Source: Histomonas meleagridis 2922-C6/04-290x (Eukaryota > Protista > Parabasalia). From it: a stretch of DNA of 64,000 bases. Made by a program: the position numbers and the translations under genes. The stretch covers positions 96,520-160,519 of the forward strand of contig JAANOX010000104.1 in the NCBI GenBank assembly GCA_020184695.1, in the 5' to 3' direction. Below the pieces are notes generated by a model that was not told the DNA's origin, ran no database searches, and saw only the letters and a list, made by a program, of their open reading frames with translations. Shown piece after piece: positions 31,886 to 41,799 of the stretch (position 1 is the stretch's first letter; every line of letters starts with the position of its first letter).

Positions 31886-33568
31886 ATGAATGATTTAATA
31901 TCAGAGATTCCACAATTTTTGCAAAAGATTTCTTCACATGTTGATATGAATAATAAGAAGCAAAAAAATTTATATGAGTTCCTCCAATTGCATTCAGATG
32001 AATCTCAAACATTACAAAAATTTATTAAATTACTTCTTTCAATTATTTTAGAATCAAATACTAATAGCACAATAAATAGACTTTTGTCATATCTTAAAAG
32101 TCATGTTTCATTATTACAAGCAATTACACAAAATCCAGATTTAGCTTCACTTTTTCTAATTGGAGAAAATGGTAATCAATCTTTCACGAACCTCCAAAAA
32201 TCTATTCTTTCTGAGCAAGCTGCACGTACACGAAAATTTATAAGTGATTTCAATGTTAACGTTAATAACACTTCAATTGGTGATTTTAAATCATACTTTA
32301 CTAATCCAGAAGATATGCCTAATAAAATAGATGAACTTAATCAGCTCAAAGAAGAAATTAAAAATTCAAAAAATTTAATTGAAACTAAAAATGCTTTCGA
32401 AGAAGTTTGTTCAACTCTTGAAACAGTTTTTCTTTTCAATGATTTACTTCTTAGGAAATTTACATTATTAAATAAGCAAACGAAATCAAAAGATTCTCAA
32501 AAAAATAAAAATATATATGAAAAAGAGATAAAATCACTTCATGAACAAATAGATTTACTTAAAGAACAATTAAAGCAAGATTTTTATAGTGATGATTCTT
32601 CTGAATACCAAAAAAATGAAAAAGTCACAAAATCAAAGAAAACTGTTCAACATTTGAATTCAAATGCAAATGAAATGATTCGTTTTCTCCAAAATAAATT
32701 GGATCACATTCAAAATGAAAACAAAGAAATGAGAGAAGCTCTTGAAAAAGCAAATCTTAATTATATTAATATTAATGACGAACTTAAACGACAATCACTT
32801 GAAACTATATCACAAAATAAGGCATTAAAAAAAGAAAATACTTTATTAATAAATCAAGTACAACACCTTCAAGAACAAATCAATAATTATCAAAAACAAA
32901 ATTCCGAAAATGAAATAATTATTTCAAAAATAATGAAAAAACTGAATAAAGAGAAATCGAATTCATTAATATTGTTGCAAAATCAAACACAACAAAATAA
33001 TAAAATCGAAGATCTTAAACAACTACTTAAAAAAACAGAGCAAAGACTTAATGATTCTAATGTAAATTATTTAGATTCAAATAATCAATTAAAAGAAATA
33101 CAAAAACAATATAATAGAACAAAAGAAGAAAATTTAGAATTAAAAGAAATGCTCCAACAATCATCTCAAGATACTGAAAAAGCAATGAAAGAGAAAGCTC
33201 TTTTGATAAGACAACTAAATAGAAATGGAATTCCTAAAGAAACTGATCCAAAATTGGAAAGAAAAATAATTAAATTAAAACAGAAACTTAAATCAGCATT
33301 AGCATTTATTAAGAAACTACAAAAACAAATTGAAGAATATCAACGTCAAAATGAATATAAATCAAGTTTAATATCAATTTCACCTTCAATATCATCAATA
33401 TCAAATGAAATTTATACAGTAGAAACTAATTCTTTTGCATTAAGTGATTCTGTTTCAAGTTTTCAATCAGAAACAGCTTCACTTAGTCCACAATTAAATG
33501 ATTTAGATAAAGCTATATTAAAACTTGAGGAAACAGTTGTTCGATCGAAAAAAAGCCAACCAAAATAA
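31886..33568 (+). CDS. Long coiled-coil protein, unknown function
   Basis: 560-aa ORF dominated by K/E/Q/N heptads. Confidence 0.75.
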   Translation: MNDLISEIPQFLQKISSHVDMNNKKQKNLYEFLQLHSDESQTLQKFIKLLLSIILESNTNSTINRLLSYLKSHVSLLQAITQNPDLASLFLIGENGNQSFTNLQKSILSEQAARTRKFISDFNVNVNNTSIGDFKSYFTNPEDMPNKIDELNQLKEEIKNSKNLIETKNAFEEVCSTLETVFLFNDLLLRKFTLLNKQTKSKDSQKNKNIYEKEIKSLHEQIDLLKEQLKQDFYSDDSSEYQKNEKVTKSKKTVQHLNSNANEMIRFLQNKLDHIQNENKEMREALEKANLNYININDELKRQSLETISQNKALKKENTLLINQVQHLQEQINNYQKQNSENEIIISKIMKKLNKEKSNSLILLQNQTQQNNKIEDLKQLLKKTEQRLNDSNVNYLDSNNQLKEIQKQYNRTKEENLELKEMLQQSSQDTEKAMKEKALLIRQLNRNGIPKETDPKLERKIIKLKQKLKSALAFIKKLQKQIEEYQRQNEYKSSLISISPSISSISNEIYTVETNSFALSDSVSSFQSETASLSPQLNDLDKAILKLEETVVRSKKSQPK

Positions 33569-33709
33569 ATGAAAAGTTTTAAATAAATATTAAATTATTT
33601 TTGAGATAAATTTATTTAAAAAAAGTTTTATAATTTTCTAAAATTAATAAAATTTATTAAATAAATATTTTTTTTTTTTTTTCAATAAGTAAAAATAACA
33701 AAATTGGAG

Positions 33710-34447
33710 TTAATCGCTATTCCCTTTTTTTGGATAAAAAATTGTTCTGTCTGTCGAATTTTCGTCAAAGTGCTTATACACATCTGTGACAGTCTTTGTC
33801 TTTGCTCTGTGGCGTGTGGTCTTTTTTTTAACTCTTGGGCTTTCGATTGTATCAACATTCTTTAATGCAATTCTTGTAGGCCTTTGCCCAAAACCGAGTT
33901 TGGATGATAGAACTGAGTCACTGAGTATTGTTGGTGACGTTGGAATATGAACAAATGAGCCTTTTTCATGGTTGTATAATAATTTTAAAATTGGAATATC
34001 ATTTGGATCTAAACCAAAAACAACTACGTCCAAAATAATTTGTTTTTGGTTAGCCTCACGGTTAAGTTTCTGTGCTTTTTCTTTTGTTAAATCATGAATT
34101 GAACCAATAAAAATTATTATATGTTTCTCTTCAACATTACTCCCGCAATGATTAAGTGATAAAAAAGCTGATCTTACTCCTTTTTCAATGAGAATTTTGC
34201 CCCCTGTTGAAATATTTTGTAATGCTTGCTCTAATTTTTCTTTACTTGATGTAAATGAAGATCTTATCCCAAATTCATCACTTCCAATTGTTGCAATAGC
34301 AATTTGACTATTTAGATTTAAATCCAGATAATGTTGTGATAATCGATCAACTGCAACTTTTTGCGCTTCAATTCTAGAGGGATAAAAATCACCATTAATT
34401 GTTGGAGATGAATTATCAATTAGCATAATAACTGCTTTCGTCGCCAT
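33710..34447 (-). CDS. Rpn10/PSMD4-like vWA-domain protein lacking obvious UIMs
   Basis: IDNSSPTINGDFYPSRIEAQKVAV matches the Rpn10 N-terminus (DNSEYMRNGDF.PTR..AQ); IIIFIGS, LSDSVLSS; basic C-tail. Confidence 0.8.
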   Translation of the reverse strand: MATKAVIMLIDNSSPTINGDFYPSRIEAQKVAVDRLSQHYLDLNLNSQIAIATIGSDEFGIRSSFTSSKEKLEQALQNISTGGKILIEKGVRSAFLSLNHCGSNVEEKHIIIFIGSIHDLTKEKAQKLNREANQKQIILDVVVFGLDPNDIPILKLLYNHEKGSFVHIPTSPTILSDSVLSSKLGFGQRPTRIALKNVDTIESPRVKKKTTRHRAKTKTVTDVYKHFDENSTDRTIFYPKKGNSD

Positions 34448-34871
34448 TTTATCGTAAGGAGAAAGAGTTTGCGACTTTTTGTATACTGTTACTTTGGTGA
34501 ATAAGCCATACTGAATTTTGATCGGAAAAAATGAGAATTGAATAGTTGAATTTGACTCGCTTTGAATTCAGAGAACTCATAGAATAAATTATGACCACAA
34601 TTTTCTATTCGAATAGAAAAAAGACTTGTGTGTAAACTAATCAAAAAATGAGTACTTGAATACCAAATTTCTTATTCCAATATTGGAGCGAATTCATAAA
34701 AATTTATAAACCAAAAAATTGATAATTTTCATATATAACAAAAAATTTTACAAATAGTTTCATAATAAGCATTTTCCTTTAGATTCCAAATTCAAATTAA
34801 AACTTAGTCGTTATCAAAAATTTAAATGAAGATTTATTGTTTATGGATGCAAATGCATTCAGGTTGTTGAA

Positions 34872-36851
34872 TTACTTTTGATCCTTAAGGAATATTTCGT
34901 AGTATTCATTTAATTGTTTTAATGCTTTTTGAGATTTACTAGATTCCTTTTTTTCTTCACATATTGAAATTAATGTATTTAATGTTCCCATTCCAACATT
35001 AGCTCTTAGTAACAAAATTCTTAAAGTCTTTTTGTTTCCACTCTTAATAGCGCATTCGAATGAAGAAATATTGGTGATTCCGTCGTTATAAGATGCACGA
35101 GGATTTGCACCATGATCAAGTAAAAACTTAAGTACTTTATTATAGCCTTTTTCAGCAGCCAAGCAAACTGGATGTAATACCTTCGGCTTTACACATTTAG
35201 GTTTCTTAATATCAGCACCATAATCATTGATTAACATTTCTAATGATTTTATATTATTTCCATCAACAGCTTCTATTACATATTTATCTAATTCGCTAAG
35301 TTCAAAGTCATCACATCCTACAAGAATATTAAGTCCAAATTTGAGTGTGTCTGGTGCATAATTATGAGCAGCTGCTCGAAGAAACATTAATGATGTCAAA
35401 TCAGTATTTTGTTCATACATTGCAACAATACAAAGAAAATTATTCTTCATTGCATAATATAATCCATTTAGCTCATCATCATCCGTTTTCACAACTGATT
35501 TACCAACACCAAGAAAAAGTGAAATAATTAATTCCCATCCATACATACATGCATTAATAATTACATCTCTTCCATATGAATTAGAAACTTCTAATTCACC
35601 TCCAAGTAATTTTAATAACATTATTAAGTCACGATAACCTTTCTTGGCCATTTCAGTTATAAGATATTCTCCTGAAAAGGGTACTTGTTTATATTCTTTC
35701 CCATCTTTACCCTTGAAGCCTACAAGTTTGTAAAATTTGCCTTGATTTTGGTATATCGTTCTTTGCCTGTAAAAGTTAAGAATAGGTGAAGGTTGAGCAT
35801 TAGGCGCACATTGTTGGAATAATGGTTCGAAACCGCTGAAGTTATTCATATTTGGATTAAATGTATTAATCTTAAATATTATATCGTAATTACGACATTC
35901 AAATGCATACCATACAAGAGAAAGATTATCTAAATAATCACCACCTTCAATAGACATATTATGTTTGCTAATAAGATGTTGAACCATTTCTTGAGAATGC
36001 CCGATACATGCTGCGCATAGACAGCCGTTAATATCGGTTTCGCCCATAGAATAAAGACGTTCGAAAAGTTCAATGTCACCGTTATAGCATGCGGAATGAA
36101 TTGCACGCCAACCATGAAGATTCGAGATATTAATAGGAACTTTTTGAGAAAAGAAGAAATCTATAACTTTCTGTGATTTGAAAAGAATAGCTAATGAAAG
36201 AATAGATTGTGTGTCAGAACTAAGGCCGCCTATGGAAACACTGTATTTAGATTGATTGGATCCGTCAGTCTTATAGAGTTTTTTAACAGTATCAATATCA
36301 TCTTTAATAATAGCTGAATCAAAGTCACTGCCATCATAACAACGTTCGAAGCGATAAACTTTAAAATTATCTTTACTACCTTCACGATATTGTTCTTGAG
36401 TGAGACCATAACGTTTAATTATCGCGTCTACTCCATGAACAGAGACAAGTTCAGGAGCTAAAATTGAAGAATAATAAGAACCAGCTTTATAATGATAAGC
36501 ATTGATAGCATCTTCAGGTGTGAAAACACCAAAATCACAACAGCAAAAGAAAAAGAATTCACTCTGATGAATAGTGATATATGCTAGATTTTTTCTTTGT
36601 TCTTCAGTAAAAATTTCCAAAGATAATTGTGCAAGAGCTTCCGCATTTTTCCTTTTGAAAGGCGTTACAGCAGCTAAAATTATGCTAAAAAAGTCGGTAT
36701 AATATATTGGATCAAAAGTTCGATAAAGTTTTATAATTTCTTCTTTATCTTTTTGATCTCCTTCGTAGTTGCGAAAGAAATTAAGGTAATAATTGCACTG
36801 TCCTACAAATTTAAGTATATTTTCCTTTGCAAATGGTTCGTCAGCATCCAT
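34872..36851 (-). CDS. Ankyrin-repeat protein (uninterrupted)
   Basis: HGWRAIHSACYNGDIEL, HPVCLAAEKGYNKVLKFLLDHGANP and other ANK motifs in one continuous 659-aa ORF. Confidence 0.85.
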   Translation of the reverse strand: MDADEPFAKENILKFVGQCNYYLNFFRNYEGDQKDKEEIIKLYRTFDPIYYTDFFSIILAAVTPFKRKNAEALAQLSLEIFTEEQRKNLAYITIHQSEFFFFCCCDFGVFTPEDAINAYHYKAGSYYSSILAPELVSVHGVDAIIKRYGLTQEQYREGSKDNFKVYRFERCYDGSDFDSAIIKDDIDTVKKLYKTDGSNQSKYSVSIGGLSSDTQSILSLAILFKSQKVIDFFFSQKVPINISNLHGWRAIHSACYNGDIELFERLYSMGETDINGCLCAACIGHSQEMVQHLISKHNMSIEGGDYLDNLSLVWYAFECRNYDIIFKINTFNPNMNNFSGFEPLFQQCAPNAQPSPILNFYRQRTIYQNQGKFYKLVGFKGKDGKEYKQVPFSGEYLITEMAKKGYRDLIMLLKLLGGELEVSNSYGRDVIINACMYGWELIISLFLGVGKSVVKTDDDELNGLYYAMKNNFLCIVAMYEQNTDLTSLMFLRAAAHNYAPDTLKFGLNILVGCDDFELSELDKYVIEAVDGNNIKSLEMLINDYGADIKKPKCVKPKVLHPVCLAAEKGYNKVLKFLLDHGANPRASYNDGITNISSFECAIKSGNKKTLRILLLRANVGMGTLNTLISICEEKKESSKSQKALKQLNEYYEIFLKDQK

Positions 36852-37209
36852 TCTTTCAAAATGTGAAGTTACTTAACTGTTATTTAAGTTATTTCAATTG
36901 CCGTTGGGAAGAATTGGCAACAAGTTTATTAAACGGGCGCCTTCGAATGGAACTACGATGAAAAAATTTCTGAAATTTTCTGTAACCACAAAAATAAACG
37001 GTCTGCAAATTGAATACTTTACACTCAGAAAAAGTTGATGCATAGGTGATTGAAAAGTAGTTAAAAAGTTTCAAATGTCAAAATATGTAAGTCGACCGTT
37101 ATAATAGTCTGAAGTCTATCGTTTGACAATTTTGTGTAATATTACACAATTTTATTCTAAAATTCATCATTTTATTGGGTTTTAATTATTATTTCATATC
37201 ACATGTCAA

Positions 37210-38673
37210 ATGGCTATTTCATATTTTGATATTTTTCCCGACGCAAAATTTTCTATTAAAATCAAAAATCCATCTGCAAAGCAAATGTTTTCCGCAGAGC
37301 CATTGCATGTACGTGATATTATTTGTTATTTATTGATTGGAACAAGATTACCTGATTGGCTTGAATTTAAGCATTCTGCGCTTTGTCATCATGTATTTTT
37401 TCTTGGATTTGCTGGTATTGATAGTTCATATTACAACATTTTCAAAGATAGCTTTTCAACTTTTAAATCATTAAGAAACGGATTTCCGGTGATTGTGCTT
37501 GCACACGAAAGAGGTGGCGCTTTGTTACCTGCTATTGATACTGTGCTAGGAGTTGCATCTCATTCGAGTTTTAACTATAAATCATTTGATGAAATGTGTA
37601 TATCTACAAATGACCAATATGATAATGGATACCCTGTTGAGCCAAATGAAGGTATACGACATTTTAATCGTCCACTTAGGTGTTCGCAATATAATATGAA
37701 TCCGCTTTCTGAAGAAGAACTCAGTCATTTTAAGAAACTTCCCAAACTGAGTGAAGGCTCTCATTCACTTATTGCGATTGATTGTGAAATGATTACAACA
37801 ACAGAAGGGGATGAACTTGTTAGGCTTTCATGTGTTGATTCTTCTGGAGAAATTATCATTGATGAATACTTTACACCTATCGGACATGTGATAGATTTTC
37901 ATACTCAATTCTCTGGAATAACTCAAGAAATACTTGATTCAAAGGCCACTGTAAAATCTTTGGATGCTGTAGAACTTCTATCAAAATTTGCAGATTCAAG
38001 AACTATTATAGTCGGACATTCACTTGAAAACGATCTTCGTGCAATGAAACTTATCCATAAAAGAGTAATTGACACATCTCTTATCTACTGTTCAGACAGT
38101 AAATTTCCACATAAGCCTGGGCTTGCACGACTTTATGCTAAATATATTAAAAAGCCTTTCAGAGTTGGAAACGCAGCACATGATAGCGTCGAGGATGCGC
38201 GTGCTGCACTTGAACTTGCTCAATATGCTCTTTCTTCATCTGCAGAGTCCAGTGATGTATATTTACCAAAAATGTTTGAACAAATATTAGAGTCCATTTC
38301 ATCAATAAATGTTTTCACAACGAAAACTCACTGTCCATATGCGGGTACAAATGGTAAAATTAATTGTATTTTGGGTGAAAATGATTCTGACGTATCGGCA
38401 AAACTAATTGATTCTTTGGAAAATGATCCACCAAGATTAACGTGCGCTTTTTTTAACGGACTTTGCGAGTGCGCCCCAAAAAGTGATGATGAGAAAATTG
38501 CAATTGATGAATATGATAAAATTTTAAAGAACTTTCTTGAGAAAGTACCCAATAATTCTGCTATCATTATTTACACAGGAAATGGAAACCTTGAGCGTTT
38601 GAAATGCTGCGTTAATCATAGCGCTGAATTAGTGATGTGTAGGCAAGGATTACTTTGGATAAAGTGTACATAA
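37210..38673 (+). CDS. DEDDh 3'-5' RNA exonuclease, REXO1/Rex1-like
   Basis: AIDCEM, IVGHSLENDLRAMKLIHKRVIDTS, HDSVEDARAALEL. Confidence 0.9.
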   Translation: MAISYFDIFPDAKFSIKIKNPSAKQMFSAEPLHVRDIICYLLIGTRLPDWLEFKHSALCHHVFFLGFAGIDSSYYNIFKDSFSTFKSLRNGFPVIVLAHERGGALLPAIDTVLGVASHSSFNYKSFDEMCISTNDQYDNGYPVEPNEGIRHFNRPLRCSQYNMNPLSEEELSHFKKLPKLSEGSHSLIAIDCEMITTTEGDELVRLSCVDSSGEIIIDEYFTPIGHVIDFHTQFSGITQEILDSKATVKSLDAVELLSKFADSRTIIVGHSLENDLRAMKLIHKRVIDTSLIYCSDSKFPHKPGLARLYAKYIKKPFRVGNAAHDSVEDARAALELAQYALSSSAESSDVYLPKMFEQILESISSINVFTTKTHCPYAGTNGKINCILGENDSDVSAKLIDSLENDPPRLTCAFFNGLCECAPKSDDEKIAIDEYDKILKNFLEKVPNNSAIIIYTGNGNLERLKCCVNHSAELVMCRQGLLWIKCT

Positions 38674-38735
38674 TAATTATTATAATGTTTTTTGTTCACG
38701 GCCACAGGGCACCCTAAATTTTGGCCACTTTGAGA

Positions 38736-39908
38736 ATGGCTCAAAACAAGCAGCCAACGCGTAAAGCAATGCTTAAATTTACTAAAACACTCCAAATGGG
38801 TATTGTTGGAATGCCTAATGTTGGTAAGTCTCTTCTCTTTAATCTTCTTTCAAAAAGAGATTTAGCAGGAACTGCAAACTATCCATTTTGCACAATCGAA
38901 CCTAAACTTGCTAGAGTTGAAGTCCCAGATGAGCGTTTCACATGGCTATGCAAACACTTTCATCCAAAATCAGAAGTTCCAGCAACATTAAATGTTTATG
39001 ATATTGCTGGTCTTGTTCGCGGTGCATCCAAGGGTGAAGGTCTTGGTAATGAATTCCTTTCTAATGTTCGTGCAGTCAATGGCATTTATCATGTTGTTCG
39101 TGTATTTGAAGATGATGACATTGTTCATGTTGAAGGTAAGGTTGATCCAGTTCGTGATCTTCAAATCATTTCTGATGAACTCAAGCTTAAAGACATTGAA
39201 TGGATGACACGTACACATGAAGATCTTGAAAAGAAGATGAAATGTGAACCTCGAAAATACAAAGATGAATTTGAACTTTGTACCAAAGTTCTTGATTTCC
39301 TTAAAAATGATCCACGTCCAGTTCGTGCAGGTGAATGGAATCAAGTTGAAATCGAATACATCGAATCACTTAACATTCTTACATCTAAGCCAACTATTTA
39401 TCTACTTAACCTTGATGAAAAGTCTTATATCACACATAAGAATCGATGGCTTCCAAAAATTGCCCAATGGATCAAAGACTATTCTGGCGAAAAGATAATT
39501 CCATTCTCTGCCACTTTCGAACGCGAACTTATGGAAATGGAACCTGAAGCAGCAGCAGAGTATTGCAAGCAAAAAGGTACAAAATCTGCAATGGATCGTA
39601 TCATCCAAACTGGATACAATGAACTTGGCTTGATTCGATTCTTTACATGTGGCCCAGATGAAGTCCGTGGCTGGACGGTCCGTGATGGAGCTACAGCACC
39701 TGTTGCAGGAGGTGTAATTCATACTGATTTCATGGATAAGTTCATTCGTGCTCAAGTATATAATTATACAGATCTTGTTGAAGCTGGAAGCGAAGCAAAT
39801 GTGAAAGCTCATGGAAAGATGAGAACAGAAGGAAAGAATTACATTGTTAAGGATGGAGATATTATACTATTTTTGCATGGTGCTGGCTCAAGTTCAAAGA
39901 AGAAGTAA
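38736..39908 (+). CDS. OLA1: Obg-like ATPase OLA1/YchF
   Basis: GIVGMPNVGKS, NYPFCTIEP, DIAGLVRGASKGEGLGNEFL, FFTCGPDEVRGWT, APVAGGVIHTDF, EGKNYIVKDGDII. First ATG at 38736. Confidence 0.95.
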   Translation: MAQNKQPTRKAMLKFTKTLQMGIVGMPNVGKSLLFNLLSKRDLAGTANYPFCTIEPKLARVEVPDERFTWLCKHFHPKSEVPATLNVYDIAGLVRGASKGEGLGNEFLSNVRAVNGIYHVVRVFEDDDIVHVEGKVDPVRDLQIISDELKLKDIEWMTRTHEDLEKKMKCEPRKYKDEFELCTKVLDFLKNDPRPVRAGEWNQVEIEYIESLNILTSKPTIYLLNLDEKSYITHKNRWLPKIAQWIKDYSGEKIIPFSATFERELMEMEPEAAAEYCKQKGTKSAMDRIIQTGYNELGLIRFFTCGPDEVRGWTVRDGATAPVAGGVIHTDFMDKFIRAQVYNYTDLVEAGSEANVKAHGKMRTEGKNYIVKDGDIILFLHGAGSSSKKK

Positions 39909-40092
39909 AAAAAAATGATTAAACAAAAATTTAGAATAAAATAAATTTACAATATATTCGAATGTACCAAAATTTCAGTGATAATTCTTTTTATTAAGTT
40001 GAAATTGCGTGTCGAAAAATTTAGAAAATATTTCAAACAGAGTCTCACAATTTATCAACAACCGCCAGGATTGTGCCAATAATTTCAAAACA

Positions 40093-40707
40093 ATGTGCAA
40101 GGAGCTGTTTGCAACTATCTTTGGCATCATGATGATAGCTACATCAGTGCTTTTCGTTTCTACATCAGGGGTTGCCTATGGCTACTTTAACAATTCCATT
40201 TTTTTCGAAAATTTTGATATTAATTTGAAAGTAATGTATGGGTGCGGTATTGGTGTTGGAATCGTATTGTTTGCTGCTACATTTGCTTACTTTAAGAACC
40301 CTACATTTTGCGGTAATTATGTATTTACAATTCCTCTTTATATAACAATGCTTTCACTTTACATAGCTTATTCACAACCTTCTCAATCATCGCGGTACGA
40401 ACAACTTCTTGATCAAAAATGGAATGAAAATTCATCAACACTTATTGATCTTCAAATTAGACTTAAATGTTGCGGCTGGGATAATGCTACAGATAGAGGA
40501 ATTGCAGGTTGCCCTTTCGAATTCGAATCTGGTTGTTCCGCTTTCTTTTTTGACTATCTTGAACCAAGAAATCAAAATATATTTGTAACATCAATAGTAA
40601 TGTTTGCGTTTTTATTTGTTTCCGTGATATTCTTTATTGTGTTTTCATGTTTGGAAGATGAGGAAAATATGTATGAATATATCTTCCCATTTAATGAGAT
40701 CATTTAA
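40093..40707 (+). CDS. Tetraspanin family protein
   Basis: Four hydrophobic helices; large extracellular loop with CCG motif (LKCCGW) and further Cys. First in-frame ATG at 40093. Confidence 0.82.
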   Translation: MCKELFATIFGIMMIATSVLFVSTSGVAYGYFNNSIFFENFDINLKVMYGCGIGVGIVLFAATFAYFKNPTFCGNYVFTIPLYITMLSLYIAYSQPSQSSRYEQLLDQKWNENSSTLIDLQIRLKCCGWDNATDRGIAGCPFEFESGCSAFFFDYLEPRNQNIFVTSIVMFAFLFVSVIFFIVFSCLEDEENMYEYIFPFNEII

Positions 40708-40908
40708 AAAATAAAAAATTATAATCTAAAGCAATTCTTTTTTTAATGTAATTATAATACTTTTAATGTAATTGAACATTTTTGAATATCACCCACATAT
40801 AGCAAAATAAATAATTTATCAAATGAACAAAACTTCTTTTATTTAAAATTATAAAAAACCATTTAAATGAATTATAATTTAAGGAATCAGAATATTATTC
40901 TTTATAAT

Positions 40909-41415
40909 TTATTCACGTTTTTTTTCTGCTCTCGGTCCTTGTTTTGCTGCCATAGCTTTATAACGATTTTGGATTTCTTCTGGAGGAATTTCTTCTGATG
41001 AGCTTTCTTCCTCTTCTTCTTCTTCGATTTCATCTAATTTTATTGTATATCCTGAAAGAAGGACTTCATGAAATCCAGAATTAACAAGTTCCACAACATC
41101 AATTGGAGAAAATGTTACTTCGGTTTCTTGTTGTTCTTTACTTTTTGGCTTTAATAAACATATTTCAATAGACGATTCTTTGAATGGAAAATCAACTTGA
41201 TCTTCTTGGTTAACTTTTCCTTCATCATCTGAGTCGCTGAGTAAAACTGTTTTTATTTTTGCTATAACAGTGGATTCTTGGTCTAATTTGGAATTATCAA
41301 TATTACTTAATTTTGCTGAAGTAATTGTTAATACCATGTCATTTTCGCATTTAAGGGGTACGGTTGTATTAGCTGGAATAACTTGTTCCCAAGAAAATTT
41401 GTTTTCTTCAGTCAT
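40909..41415 (-). CDS. Nucleoplasmin-like (NPL) domain protein with acidic tract
   Basis: FSW..VIPA...L.IT.A.L...IEICLL......EV.F....V.L...G.HEVLLSGY followed by EEEEEEESSSEE. First ATG at 41415. Confidence 0.7.
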   Translation of the reverse strand: MTEENKFSWEQVIPANTTVPLKCENDMVLTITSAKLSNIDNSKLDQESTVIAKIKTVLLSDSDDEGKVNQEDQVDFPFKESSIEICLLKPKSKEQQETEVTFSPIDVVELVNSGFHEVLLSGYTIKLDEIEEEEEEESSSEEIPPEEIQNRYKAMAAKQGPRAEKKRE

Positions 41416-41473
41416 TCCCAATGGCACTTTTCATGGTTCTGCTTAACGTTCACCAGAAGTTCTGGCATTAAAG

Positions 41474-41707
41474 ATGAGTCAAAAAAAAGAAAAAAACGAA
41501 TTTAGTGTTAAATACGAAAAATGGAGTCCCCCAGATGATGCTTTGTCTTCCCAAATTTACGAAGAAATTGATCCCGAAACTACAATTTGCACAATTTATG
41601 GACCACAAGAAGAATTAGAAAAACTTCGGATGTCAATCATCGAAACCCTCAATAAAAAAGGAAACAGCTTACCCACTGATACTGAAAGTATTAACTTGGT
41701 TATTTAA
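41474..41707 (+). CDS. Small hypothetical protein (77 aa)
   Basis: ATG-initiated acidic ORF ending in TAAA; codon content more GC-rich than the flanks. Confidence 0.55.
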   Translation: MSQKKEKNEFSVKYEKWSPPDDALSSQIYEEIDPETTICTIYGPQEELEKLRMSIIETLNKKGNSLPTDTESINLVI

Positions 41708-41799
41708 ATAATAAAAAGTATCATACAACGGATTTTTATATTGATCATGATGCATTTACTATTGATATGAAATGCTCGTCGTTATCAAATGAAAAACAT

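Noticed and set aside
559-39812. Short antisense or overlapping ORFs in the track (e.g. 559..840, 905..1318, 9265..9639, 12715..13101, 22129..22395, 38988..39344, 39402..39812)
   Set aside because: They lie opposite or within well-supported genes and have FILKNY-biased or shadow composition.
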